DNA of 64,000 nucleotides from Macrostomum hystrix. Its lineage: Eukaryota > Animalia > Platyhelminthes. The number at the start of each line of letters is the position of its first letter. The first letter of the stretch is position 1. The notes beneath the pieces were generated by a model, which searched no databases, was not told the DNA's origin, and saw only the letters and a list, made by a program, of their open reading frames with translations. The stretch spans positions 620,001 to 684,000 of the forward strand of contig CATNEN010000026.1 of assembly GCA_950097015.1 (NCBI GenBank), in the 5' to 3' direction. Position numbers and translations under genes: made by a program. Positions 24,935 to 36,985 of this stretch are shown here, piece after piece.

Positions 24935-25873
24935 ATGTTTTCAGACATAATAATATCTATGTAGGTATTCCGTTGTTTTATTTTCAATAATTTAATTCTG
25001 ATAAAAACTTTGTGATAAAGGAATAAAATAAATAAATAAATAAATAAATTATGTGAGTTAATCTCCATTCTCAAGAATAAAATAGAATACTAGCGGTGCC
25101 TTTTAAATGTAACTGTATTAGTGTGGTTCAGCCTTCTATACGACTGAAGCCTCAGTAAAAATCTGTCTGGTCGGCATGTTTAAAGTAGCAAATCATTTGA
25201 CACTAAACGGAAATCGGATTCGTTTTGTATTACATTTTTAGTTAAAATTTTCTATTTGTTTCTAAAAACAATTCTGTCGATGTGTCAAGCACGAACGTAT
25301 CATTCAGAAGCTTTGTGCTATACTAAATAAATAGCAATGATGCCTCTAGTATTTTATTGCATATTTAATTACCATTTTTTGGAGTGCAATTTAACTTAAA
25401 TTTACCCGCTTAAAATTTCAGAACACTTTTTATCAATGCATGCGCAGTTCTTAACTTCAAATTGTAAGTAACAACAGCCGATCAATCGATTTTCATATAT
25501 ACCTATTTTATATGCATTGTTGGTACTTGTATAGTTTAGGCAGAGAGGTTGTAGCCTGTGGTTAGGGCGTCGGACTCACGACTTGAAGGTCGGGGGTTCG
25601 ATTCCCGACTCCACTGAAACAATTTTTGTTCTTTAGCTAGACACTTAACTTAACTCTGCATTGCTTCAGTTCACCCAGCTGTTAAATGGGCATTAACTGG
25701 GATAATTGGGATAGTTTCAGTTCACCAGCATTAGCTGGGATAATTGAAGGTGGGTGTGGCGTCCCCCCCAGTCAATGGACTGAACAGCTGTACGCAGCTT
25801 TCAGATGTGCCGCGCAATAGCTGCGCCTGTGCTGTAGGCTGCACATCTGGCTCGATTGGGACAGGTGTAATAA

Positions 25874-25915
<42 letters not shown>

Positions 25916-26197
25916 ATTTATTATAATAGTTTAACATTATTACAGTGTTACAAAATTAGTTTTCTATATTTCTATACCTTGTAACTTTACTGTCACCTAT
26001 TCTCAACAATGATCTCTAGACGAAGCTCAAAGGACTCACAACGAAGCGACTTCTTCTTTGAACCGGCACCAGCCGCATCAACCGTGTTTGGCGATAAGAC
26101 GCGCGAATTTCTCGGCAGTCTGCGCTACTTTCGAGTTTTCATCGGCTTGTGGAATATCTTCATTATTCTACTCATGCTGACCATGTTTAGTAGCTAG
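24935..26197 (+). CDS. SMIM7: Small integral membrane protein 7, 81 aa; exons 24935-24960, 25422-25463, 26020-26197
   Basis: [23 protein letters not shown]...[35 protein letters not shown] matches the SMIM7 pattern (NAxAVLNFKL; REFLxSLRYFRxFIxLWNIF). Two phase-2 GT-AG introns. Confidence 0.93.
25543..25925 (+). mobile_element. tRNA-derived CORE-like SINE, family B, with (TTA)n tail, in SMIM7 intron 2
   Basis: gtagcctgtggttagggcgtcggactcacgacttgaaggtcgggggttcgattccc head, CORE-like middle, (TTA)n tail. Confidence 0.8.
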
Positions 26198-26611
26198 GTG
26201 CACATCTTTTTGTGACTAATTTTGTGCAATTCAGTAGAACAAAAATTATGCTAAATATCAGTCCGACTAATTATGGCAATTGTACTAACTTGATGTTTGA
26301 ACTGTTCGTAATTTTAGCTTTGCTATTTTGTCAACCCATGTTTTGATCACATATTATTGATTATTTTATTCCTATTACGATTGTAACATCGTTTTTCCCG
26401 TTCAAGTATCTAAGAGCTGAAACCTTCGTCACTGCTCTGATAAAATAAGTTAAATTTTTAACATTAAACTAAATAGCTCTTAGCTAACGAAAGAAGTTGA
26501 ATAAAAGAGAATAACAATAAATTAGAACTGCACAATGTACTAAATTACACAAAAAAGAACACAAAAAACCTTAATTATTCAAACTGGTCATTAAAGCCTA
26601 ACAAGCAAAGT

Positions 26612-27975
26612 CATCAAATGGGTCATTGCAAACCCACACATCAGGTCATTGAATGGGTCATTACAAACCCACACATCAGGCCATTGAATTGGTCATTACA
26701 AACCCACACATCAGGCCATTGAATTGGTCATTACAAACCCACACATCAGGCCATTGAATTGGTCATTACAAACCCACACATCAGGCCATTGAATTGGTCA
26801 TTACAAACCCACACATCAGGCCATTGAATTGGTCATTACAAACCCACACATCAGGTCATTGAATGGGTCATTACAAACCCACACATCAGGTCATTGAATG
26901 GGTCATTACAAACCCACACATCAGGCCATTGAATTGGTCATTACAAACCCACACATCAGGCCATTGAATTGGTCATTACAAACCCACACATCAGGTCATT
27001 GAATGGGTCATTACAAACCCACACATCAGGCCATTGAATGGGTCATTACATACCCACACATCAGGTCATTGAATGGGTCATTACAAACCCACACATCAGG
27101 CCATTGAATGGGTCATTACATACCCACACATCCGGTCATTTAATGGGTCATTACAAACCCACACATCAGGCCATTGAATGGGTCATTACATACCCACACA
27201 TCAGGCCATTGAATGGGTCATTACAAACCCACACATCAGGCCATTGAATGGGTCATTACATACCCACACATCAGGCCATTGAATGGGTCATTACAAACCC
27301 ACACATCAGGTCATTGAATGGGTCATTACAAACCCACACATCCGGTCATTGAATTGGTCGTTACAAACCCACACATCAGGCCATTGAATGGGTCATTACA
27401 AACCCACACATCAGGCCATTGAATGGGTCATTACAAACCCACACATCAGGCCATTGAATGGGTCATTACAAACCCACACATCAGGTCATTGGATGGGTCA
27501 TTACAAACCCACACATCCGGTCATTTAATGGGTCATTACAAACCCACACATCAGGCCATTGAATGGGTCATTACATACCCACACATCAGGCCATTGAATT
27601 GGTCATTACAAACCCACACATCAGGTCATTGAATGGGTCAATACAAACCCACACATCCGGTCATTGAATTGGTCGTTACAAACCCACACATCAGGTCATT
27701 GAATAGGTCATTACAAACCCACACATCAGGTCATTGAATGGGTCATTACAAACCCACACATCAGGTCATTGAATGGGTCATTACAAACCCACACATCAGG
27801 TCATTGAATTGGTCATTACATACCCACACATCAGGTCATTGAATGAGTCATTACAAACCCACACATCAGGTCATTGAATTGGTCATTACAAACCCACACA
27901 TAAGGTCATCAAATGGGTCATTACAAATCCATATATCAGGTCATCACTCATCAGATGGGTCATTACAAACCCACA
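26612..27975. repeat. 35-bp minisatellite (TGAATGGGTCATTACAAACCCACACATCAGGCCAT)
   Basis: About 38 copies downstream of SMIM7. Confidence 0.97.
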
Positions 27976-28099
27976 AGGTCTTTCATTTTGGTAGCTACGG
28001 CACCAATATTTTCTTTTATTTCATTGATCAGAGCTAGAGCTGTTTGTTTTACAGAGTTCACAATGCTAGCAAAGCTAAGTTAATTAAAACTCCCAATTC

Positions 28100-28395
28100 A
28101 CATGTCCATAATTTCTCCCACTGGGTCAGCACTCCCAATATTCCCGTGTCCGACTCTATAGGCCAGTAGGCATGGCCCCTCCGCTCGGCGCCCTCTCGTT
28201 GTTGCCCTCTGATTGGCTGATTGCCATGGCCGGCCGGGATGAGGTGGTCGCTGTCGGTCTGGAAAAGCCTTGAAATTTCGCCGCATTCAAGCCAGGGGTC
28301 GTTTTCCCTTATTACTCCCGCCAGAAGCAGAAAAACACAAGATTAAATAAAGACAGATCAGTCAGTCAGATTCGCTGCAAGAACTCAAGGTGAGT
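28100..28395 (+). promoter_or_regulatory. Candidate promoter and non-coding first exon ending at donor 28390, possibly the eya 5' UTR
   Basis: GC-rich island with CTGATTGG (reverse CCAAT box) and a strong donor AAG|GTGAGT at 28389/28390. No ORF. An acceptor at 36921 precedes the eya ATG exon. Confidence 0.4.
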
Positions 28396-28612
28396 TAAGA
28401 ATCTTTTTTTTAACCTATGCATGATGCAATTCACGAATGAGTGAATCTTTTTATTCAGTTCCTTTTCGCACCTGATCCCTCCCAATTTCTGCCTCATAAT
28501 TAGGCTTCACAATTTGTCATTGCAAGAGACTTAAAAGTTGCGTCATTTTTCTTTGGTTCAATTTGATTCTTTCAGTTTGTCTAACTAATTACACGTGTTA
28601 AGGATTTGTGAA

Positions 28613-28614
<2 letters not shown>

Positions 28615-28674
<60 letters not shown>
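28615..28674. repeat. (CAG)20 microsatellite
   Basis: Direct count. Confidence 0.95.
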
Positions 28675-28677
<3 letters not shown>

Positions 28678-29359
28678 GACAATTATCAGAGTAAAGAAAT
28701 GTTCTAATTAAAGGCAATATAAAATATCAGACACCGGCTGTGTTTGTCATAAGATTAGTAAATAGTAAATATTCCTATCAGTACAGTATTGCCGGGTTCT
28801 TATATTAATAAATAAGAAGTCGATGTGACAGTCGCATTGTTAGTTAGCACAGTTGGATGCAAACTAGGCCAATCATTTTCAACTACACGCATTCATAGTA
28901 TAAAGGTCCGGATGCTTGAGAAAAGAATAGAAGATTTTGGTTGGCGGCTCTCTACAATGTGCTAATAACTCGGGTTGTAAATTAGCCAAATAATTTCGCA
29001 CCTCGGGGCGCTAAGAAATGTGCGAAAAAAGCAGAAGAAAAAGAAAGAGGAGGCTCGGCTTTCAAGGTGCGAAATATGTGCTAAATATCTAGACGGCAAA
29101 AGGAGAGAAAAGAAAGTGGAAAAATATCCCACCCCTGGGTGTTTTCCTCTGCAACCGACCTGCGATCCTCTCATGGGAGCGGAACTAAACAAAGGTGACG
29201 TGATTTATAACGCAGAAAAAACTAAAGGGGCGGCTTTCCGCCTATTCCCTATTGATTCAATGAATTTTTACGAATAAAAGTTACCTTCGATGTGTCGGCT
29301 TCATATTATATGGCCCTTGGTGCATGCGAAATCCCACGGGATTCTAAGTTTAGCAGATT

Positions 29360-29368
29360 CATCTATCC

Positions 29369-29439
<71 letters not shown>

Positions 29440-29440
29440 C

Positions 29441-29495
<55 letters not shown>

Positions 29496-29547
29496 CATCT
29501 ATCTATCCATCTATCTATCTATCTATCCATCCATCTATCTATCTATC

Positions 29548-29578
<31 letters not shown>

Positions 29579-29595
29579 CCATCTATCTATCTATC
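29360..29595. repeat. (ATCT)n microsatellite
   Basis: Direct observation. Confidence 0.97.
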
Positions 29596-30261
29596 ATAAT
29601 TTCTTTCTTTCTCTGCATCATCAACTGCACAGATTACGCAAGCATCACTACTTCACTTGATTTATGACTGCTGAATCTAGTGAACAAATCAATTTGCCGC
29701 AGTTTGAAAGTTTTATGTCTGGAAAGTAAAGTGTTCACGGATATTTGGCAGGGCGTAATTCTTAAATAGGAAATCAACAAAAAACGCGGTTCCTGACGAA
29801 AGCGATTTTGAATAAATAAATTCAACACCATACGCTGAATCTGTTACGGGCCAATCAATCATAAATCATAGTGATTATACAGGAAATATTGAAGTTCTAT
29901 ATAGTGAAGTGTTCAATAAGTGTTCTTTCCTGTTTTCAAAAACCCCCTTTCGCTTCAAATTAAATTGTGCATTCAGAAAATTCAACTAATTAGCGATGAT
30001 TTCGTTTGCCCAGGTGTGGCGCTGCCCAAGCGCCACTATGCAATAACTCAATATTCTCTGTAGATTGTGCTGAACACAGATATCACAATTTATTTTCTTT
30101 TTTTCCACATTCCAATGGGGGGCTAGAATCTGTTCAGAATTGGCGAGCGCTTACCCCCGTCATCCCTTACAGAATGTCAGGCGGGCGTGATCCAACTGAC
30201 TATATGTATTGACATTGGCATGCCTGGCAGATGTGTGTATATAAGGCTGTGTTTATCAGAC

Positions 30262-30262
<1 letters not shown>

Positions 30263-30295
<33 letters not shown>
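30263..30295. repeat. (CTG)11 microsatellite
   Basis: Direct count. Confidence 0.95.
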
Positions 30296-30299
<4 letters not shown>

Positions 30300-30769
30300 T
30301 TGTGGATCTAAGATTTTCGAAATCCGCATCTACGCACGGGCATACAAATAGTGTTTATTGTTCATTCACCAATCAAGTGGCGCAGGCTTCACATCTGTTT
30401 GTGCAACCCTCCCATCAAACAGATGTACAACTGTATAAACAGGTAGCGCAGGTGGGTGACTCCAGTTATTTTTGTAAGTGTTTGTGTGCGCGGGTCCAAG
30501 TGCTCGTGGGGATTTATTGAATGAATGACATATCTGCTGCCTCACTGACACTGACAAGTTGTGTTTCTACTATTTAGAAAGCCATGGCTGTTCTGAAGAT
30601 CTGTAAAATACTCCCTCTATCTGTCTTGTGCATGAAGATTGTTAAAGGATTCTGGTGGGATATGTGACTTATAGAATAGCTCTACCTTTTGGGACTTTGT
30701 AAATGAGGGGATAGTTCAGGATAGTGGATTGCCGGGAATCGTGTGGTTTGGTGGACTTTAGGCATAATG

Positions 30770-31200
30770 GAATTTTAGGAAGAATGGGATTTGGGAAGAT
30801 TGCGATTTTTGGAAGAATAGGATTTTGACAGGAAAGGGATTTCTGGAAGAATGGGATTTTGAGAAGAATGGGGTTTTTGGAAGAATGGGATTTTGAGAAG
30901 AATGGGGTTCTTGGAAGAATGGGATTTTTGTAAGAATGGGATTTTGAGAAGAATGTGATTTCGGAAAGAATGAGATTTTGGGAAGAATGGGACTTTGAGA
31001 AGAATAAGATTTTGAGAAGAAAGGGGTTTTTTGAAGAATTGGATGTTGAGAAGAATGGGATGTTTAGAAGAATGGGATGTTTAGAAGAATGGGATGTTGA
31101 GAAGAATGGGATGTTGAGAAGATTGGGATTTCGCGAAGAATGTGAGTTTAGGAAGAATTAGATGTTGCGAAGAATGAGATTTTGAGAAAAATAAGATTAT
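30770..31200. repeat. Degenerate about 19-bp purine-rich array (GAAGAATGGGATTTTGA core)
   Basis: Repeated gaagaatggga motif. Confidence 0.85.
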
Positions 31201-33189
31201 CAAGAGAATGGTACGAGTATTTTGGGAAGGATGGGAATTTGTGAATAATGGGACTTTTAGGAATAATTTGAATTTGGAGATTCCCAAAACTTTGAATATC
31301 TGGAGTAATTTGAATTTGAGAATAATGGGATTTATTTTTTTTCCAAAACAATGCAAAAAACTATAGTTTCAGAATCTTAGTGCAGAGTGTCGGCTTTCAA
31401 ATTTGGAAGGCCCAGCTTCTGTTGCTATGGCATCGCAGTTGTCGACTCTTGCCATACTCAACACCATTGCCTCGGGGGGGAGAAATTTGGTGCATCGCAT
31501 TATTGAATAATTAAAGTGTGATTTAATAAAATAAATTATCGGGTGCACCAGGTGCTAAAATTCCAGCATGCGCCTTACAAAAGGTGTCAAATCTAAACAA
31601 TCCCAAAGTCCCTAAGGTGTCAATTATATTCACATAGGTAAAAGCTAATTAACAGATGTCTTATCTCCGGGTCTCCTTCGCCCTTCGGGGACCAAGTCTG
31701 GTCCATTGTGCAATAGGCGACCTTTGTTCCTCGCCCGGCGCCACGGTTACAACAAACACTCGGCCTGACTGGGCGATTCCGGGAGCCAAGATATCGCATA
31801 TCGGCTCTGGCGCCTGCTCTGGTTTATGCATGTCTGTTTTGTTTCTGTATGGAAACCCGGACGGAACCAGTGAAGCACTGACTTCGTGGTGAAGCTCGGT
31901 TGCTAAGGGCGTTCATTGTCAGGACGATTTGTTCTTTTTCCTAGAGTGCCCAAAGAATGCCCAGATATGGAAAAGACTATTTTTAAAGACTAAAAATATA
32001 AAATTTGTTATTTTCGAACTGCACCTGATTACTAGAAGCTCAGTTGGTTTAGCAAGTCATTTTTCTCCCTGTCTATCGATTTTCAATTTATAATATTCTG
32101 CTTTTCATTCTTTTGCATTTTTGCAACTCTCAGATTTTGCCTTCCCACTGTCTCCCCAGCTTCATCTTTCCATTCGTCTCTCCCTTCATCCCTCCTCTCC
32201 CTTCATCCCTCCTCTCCCTCCATCCCTCCTCTCCCTCCATCCCTCCTCTCCCTTCATCCCTCCTCTCCCTTAATCTCTCCCTTCCTCTCTTGCCCTTCAG
32301 CTCTGCCTTCCTATATCGCTTCATCACTTCCTCTATCCACCCCATCATCTCTCCCTTCATTTCTCACTTAATCTGTCTCTTCACCTCTCCCTTTATCCCT
32401 CCTCTCCCTTCATCTCTACCTGGCTCTCTCCCTTAATATCTTTCTTCCCCTCTCTCCTTTAATATTTCCCTTCGTCTCAAGCTTGTTTCCATCTGGCTTC
32501 ATTTGGAATTATTGATACATAAATGTTTAATAGTTGAATAGTTATTATTAATATATATCTTACTGTTCCATTGTGGCACTACACTTAGTCATAATGAGCG
32601 GGTGAGCGAAAAAAGGCGAGCTGTACCTATTGATTAAAGCATTCTAACTCAGCTAAGTATAATCTTGCTCATGGATGCATACGGTGTAACACTCGTCTTT
32701 TGATAGACTAAGCATGGGGCAGTCTCTCTCCGCGTCTCTCCGTCCCACCCTTTAACCCTCAGTATCGAACGGTGTCAGATTTCTGCAGCCAAATCCTTTG
32801 TCTCCCCTTATGCATCTTCCCTGCTGCCTCATCCTATATAGTCCAGCTTGCATGGCCCTGAAGATTATTTTAGGATCTCGCTGTGAGCACTCGCGCCCAT
32901 TCCTTCTATCCATTCATGCGCAGGCAGAAGATGAGCAGGGATTTAGGCGTCGAACTCTGGTCGACTGCCTGCACCTGCCTACCCTTTCATCCCTGGCTCC
33001 TGAAACCTACCCTTTAACCTCAGGTAAAAATTTCCTAAATTACCCAAATGTAAAAATACTGACTACTATAATGCTCTCATATCGACGAAAATTTCCTGAA
33101 ATAAAAACTCTCAAACTACAAAAATAGAAAACAAATTGTTTCTAAAAGAAACTATTTAGAAAACATCTAAATTTAATAGCAAGAGCGAT

Positions 33190-33510
33190 TCCTAGAAACT
33201 GACTATTCCTAGAAACTGACAATTCCTAGAAACTGACAATTCCTAGAAACTGACAATTCCTAGAAACTTAGTATTCCTAGAAACTGACTATTCCTAGAAA
33301 CTTACTATTCCTAGAAACTTACTATTCCTAGAAACTTACTATTCCTAGAAACTTACTATTCCTAGAAACTTACTATTCCTAGAAACTTACTATTCCTAGA
33401 AACTGACTATTCCTAGAAACTGACTATTCCTAGAAACTGACTATTCCTAGAAACTTACTATTCCTAGAAACTTACTATTCCTAGAAACTAACTATTCCTG
33501 GAAACTGACT
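33190..33510. repeat. 17-bp minisatellite (CTAGAAACTGACTATTC)
   Basis: About 19 copies. Confidence 0.95.
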
Positions 33511-34285
33511 AGTCCAAGAAATCTGTGGTTTGAAAATCCGAAAAACGGGTTCTGAAATCTATATTTTTTAATGTAGAATTTTCTGGAAACTGAAATCGTT
33601 TGCCTCTAGAAAATTGACAAATTGGTCATTTTTTAAATCAGTGAAAATCAGGCCGCAAGTGTGTGAGGAGCGAATTCTTGACAACTGCCGAATTCTCTGC
33701 TCTGTAATGACACATGTGTGCGAGTATTCAGCACGCGCCGCTGAACAGACAGAGACGGAGAAGCAGATTTTTGGCTCGGAGAAGGAGAAAGCTGCCTCCC
33801 CCCAGCATCGAAAAAGCAGAAGAAATCTGAGCCCACTTTGCCAATCTTTGTTCCGCCCCGTCTGTTCCGCCGTGTATTTTTCCCGCATCCCAATGTCAAT
33901 AAAGGAAGAAGGTTTAAACAGTGGCGCTTGGGACACAGAGAATTGAGTTTGGTTGTGAGAACGTCTGCTCGCACTGGGCTAGTGTTGAGTTGGTGAATTG
34001 TTTGTGCGCTATGCGACATGTAATGCAACGCAATCACTAGAATGCGAGACACACACAGAGAAAAAACGGGATTTGAGTGTTGAACAGGTTTTTCTCCGTC
34101 CATTTTTCACCATGATTTTTTGTTTTACCGCAAACTTTTTTGATTTGGCAGTTGTTAATTTCGAATTATTGGAAAATTAGTCCCTTTTTCTGTCGGCTAT
34201 TTTTTACCACGGAAGTATATAAAGCGAGATTTAGCTTTTTCACCTTGAAATTACGCCTCCAAGTTTTTTTGGGCTCTGCACAATC

Positions 34286-34832
34286 AGATTCTGTCCCCTA
34301 GTCCATGGACTGAACAGCAGTACCACAACCAGATTCTGTCCCCTAGTCCATGGACTGAACAGCAGTACCACAACCAGATTCTGTCCCCTAGTCCATGGAC
34401 TGAACAGCAGTACCACAACCAGATTCTGTCCCCATAGTCCATGGACTGAACAGCAGTACCACAACCAGACTCTGTCCCCCAGTCCATGGACTGAACAGCA
34501 GTACCACAACCAGATTCTGTCCCCTAGTCCATGGACTGAACAGCAGTACCACAACCAGATTCTGTCCCCCAGTCCATGGACTGAACAGCAGTACCACAAC
34601 CAGATTCTGTCCCCCAGTCCATGGACTGAACAGCAGTACCACAACCAGATTCTGTCCCCATAGTCCATGGACTGAACAGCAGTACCACAACCAGATTCTG
34701 TCCCCTAGTCCATGGACTGAACAGCAGTACCACAACCAGATTCTGTCCCCTAGTCCATGGACTGAACAGCAGTACCACAACCAGATTCTGTCCCCTAGTC
34801 CATGGACTGAACAGCAGTACCACAACCAGATT
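34286..34832. repeat. 45-bp minisatellite containing a SINE B fragment
   Basis: 12 copies of AGATTCTGTCCCCTAGTCCATGGACTGAACAGCAGTACCACAACC. Confidence 0.96.
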
Positions 34833-35371
34833 TTGCTATTGAGATACTGAGCATTATCTCACCTTTCTCAAAACCGTCGATCGTGCTTACGCGGGTAGCC
34901 AAGCGGAGAAATTTTAGGGAAATTTTTGGACGTGAAAAATATGAGCTTAGCATCTCAGAGTTTGAGGCCCAAATCCCATCTGAAGCTGCTTAAAAAACTC
35001 CTTGCTCTTTTAGAATTAAAAGCAAAGGCAATTTTCTTTCGAACAAGTTACACGCAATATACGCATTTAAAAGTGTAATTTGACCTCCTACGTATAGTTA
35101 GTCACGGTTTCGTTTGTGATTCTATATAAAATAAGCAGGAGTGTCAGAAACCGGATGCCAGTATAGTTTCATATGCGAATAATAATTATTTGGAGTTTAG
35201 AAAACTGGTACAGGGAATTATGATCGCTACAAATCCAAAATCTGGAACGACACACACACACATACACACACACTGGTGCTGGCAAGTGTTCGGAAATCAT
35301 TTGATGCTAACAAGGAAAGAGGCATTGAATTACAGCTGCTGCTACTGTGGCTTTTCTGTTGGTTTGCTTGG

Positions 35372-35975
35372 GACAGAGAAAGAGAGAGAGAAGGAGAGAG
35401 AAGGAGAGAGAGAAGGAGAGAGAAGGAGAGAGAGAAGGAGAGAGAGAGAGCGGGAGAGAGGAGAGAGGACACTGTCCATTGAATTTCAAAAATCTAATGT
35501 TAGAATCAATTCCGATATGTATCGAAAAAATTGAAATCAGAATTCGAACCAAGGCAACTCCAGACGCGTTTCGCTCTTTTTGGAGCTCATCAGTAGAGTC
35601 TAGAGATAGAGAGAAGGAGAGAGAATGAGCGAGAGAATGAGACAGAGAAGGAGAGAGAAAGGGAGAGAGGGAGAGAGAGAGCGGGAGAGAGGAGAGAGGA
35701 CACTGCCCATTGAATAAAAAAAATCGAATGTTGGAATCGATTCCGATATGTATCGAAAAAATTGAAATCAGGATTCGAACCAAGGCAACTCCAGAGAATT
35801 TTTGGAGCTCATCAGTAGAGTCTAGAGATAGAGAGAAGGAGAGAGAATGAGCGAGAGAATGAGAGAGAGAAGGAGAGAGAAGGAGAGAGAAGGAGAGAGA
35901 GAAGGAGTGAGAAGGGTAGAGAAGGGGAGAGAGTAGAGAGGAAAGGTGCAAGGAGAGAAGGGAATGAGAGAGAGG
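35372..35975. repeat. GA-rich tracts flanking an about 230-bp tandem duplication
   Basis: ggacactg.ccattgaat..ccgatatgtatcgaaaaaattgaaatcag..ggagctcatcagtagagtctagagatagag starts at 35467 and at 35698. Confidence 0.88.
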
Positions 35976-36985
35976 CAGAAAGTCTAGTCAAGAAGATCAA
36001 TCAACAATCAGACAGCACACTGCCAGTGTTCCATCAGACAACAATACAATAGAATCTGTTGGCTGTGGGCACACTTGTCTAACCCTGTCGATTGCGCAAG
36101 ACCCGAACCGCAGAACCTTCAGTTGCGTGCCACTCTATCCAAACAATGGCAAAGGGTTTCTCGTCTCTATTGCCGGTGTTCTAACAGAGACCAAAGTTTT
36201 ACGAGTTAATTGATTGGAAAAATAAATATGTTTGCAGAACAGTGCTGTGTTATTCCTTCCACTCCAAACACTTGGGTTCGGCTTTCGAGTGGGCCGTCGG
36301 TGGCGGTCGACACTGTTGCTCAGGGCTCCGAATGGGTATCGTTGAGCTCTCGAGAGCCACTTAAGACCTGTTCGACTGTTCAATCTCTTTCTATTTCATG
36401 GAAGGCTTCTAATTGCATCATTAGCAACAAAATTAACGGCCCCCTCACAAACGAAGCCTTAACGGTCTTTCTTTAGGAAAGGAGTGCTGGATGCTTTTTC
36501 TTTCTCTTCTAGAAGCATCCACTTATCTCATTATATCGATGGTTGAATAGTGGGAGGATGTTGTTACTCATTGTCGCGTGTTCTGCTTCCAATTTCTTCA
36601 TTGTTCTTGCAAAAAATTTTCGTCTGACACGCGGACATTTGTTTCAGTCTCTCTTTAGTGTTTCTTTCGATTCAGTTTTTTTCTCTTCCCAAAAGCAGAA
36701 TTGAAGAATTGAAGTGGTTAATGAAGCCAGCACACAGTTTCTTTAAAAGATTTCCTCGCTCATCTTTTGTGCTCCAGACTCAAGAGCTCACGTGTCTGAC
36801 GGTGCAGTTATCAGTCAGCTAAAATCTCTTCCCATTGTCATATTGTTTCCATATTTATCTCGATCTAACATACTCAGTTAAACAATAAAAACAGGCAATG
36901 CGTAATACTATTTAATTGCAGCCCGTCTGAACAATTCCATTTCAACAAAAAAGACAGCCAGAAAACACGAACCCACCTGTGACAG

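Noticed and set aside
33568-34180. Overlapping 110-150-aa ORFs upstream of eya
   Set aside because: No domain signal, no splice link, and an in-frame stop precedes the eya ATG.
36072-36082. CTAACCCT telomerase-template-like 8-mer
   Set aside because: Too short to exceed chance, and no pseudoknot or box motif is evident.
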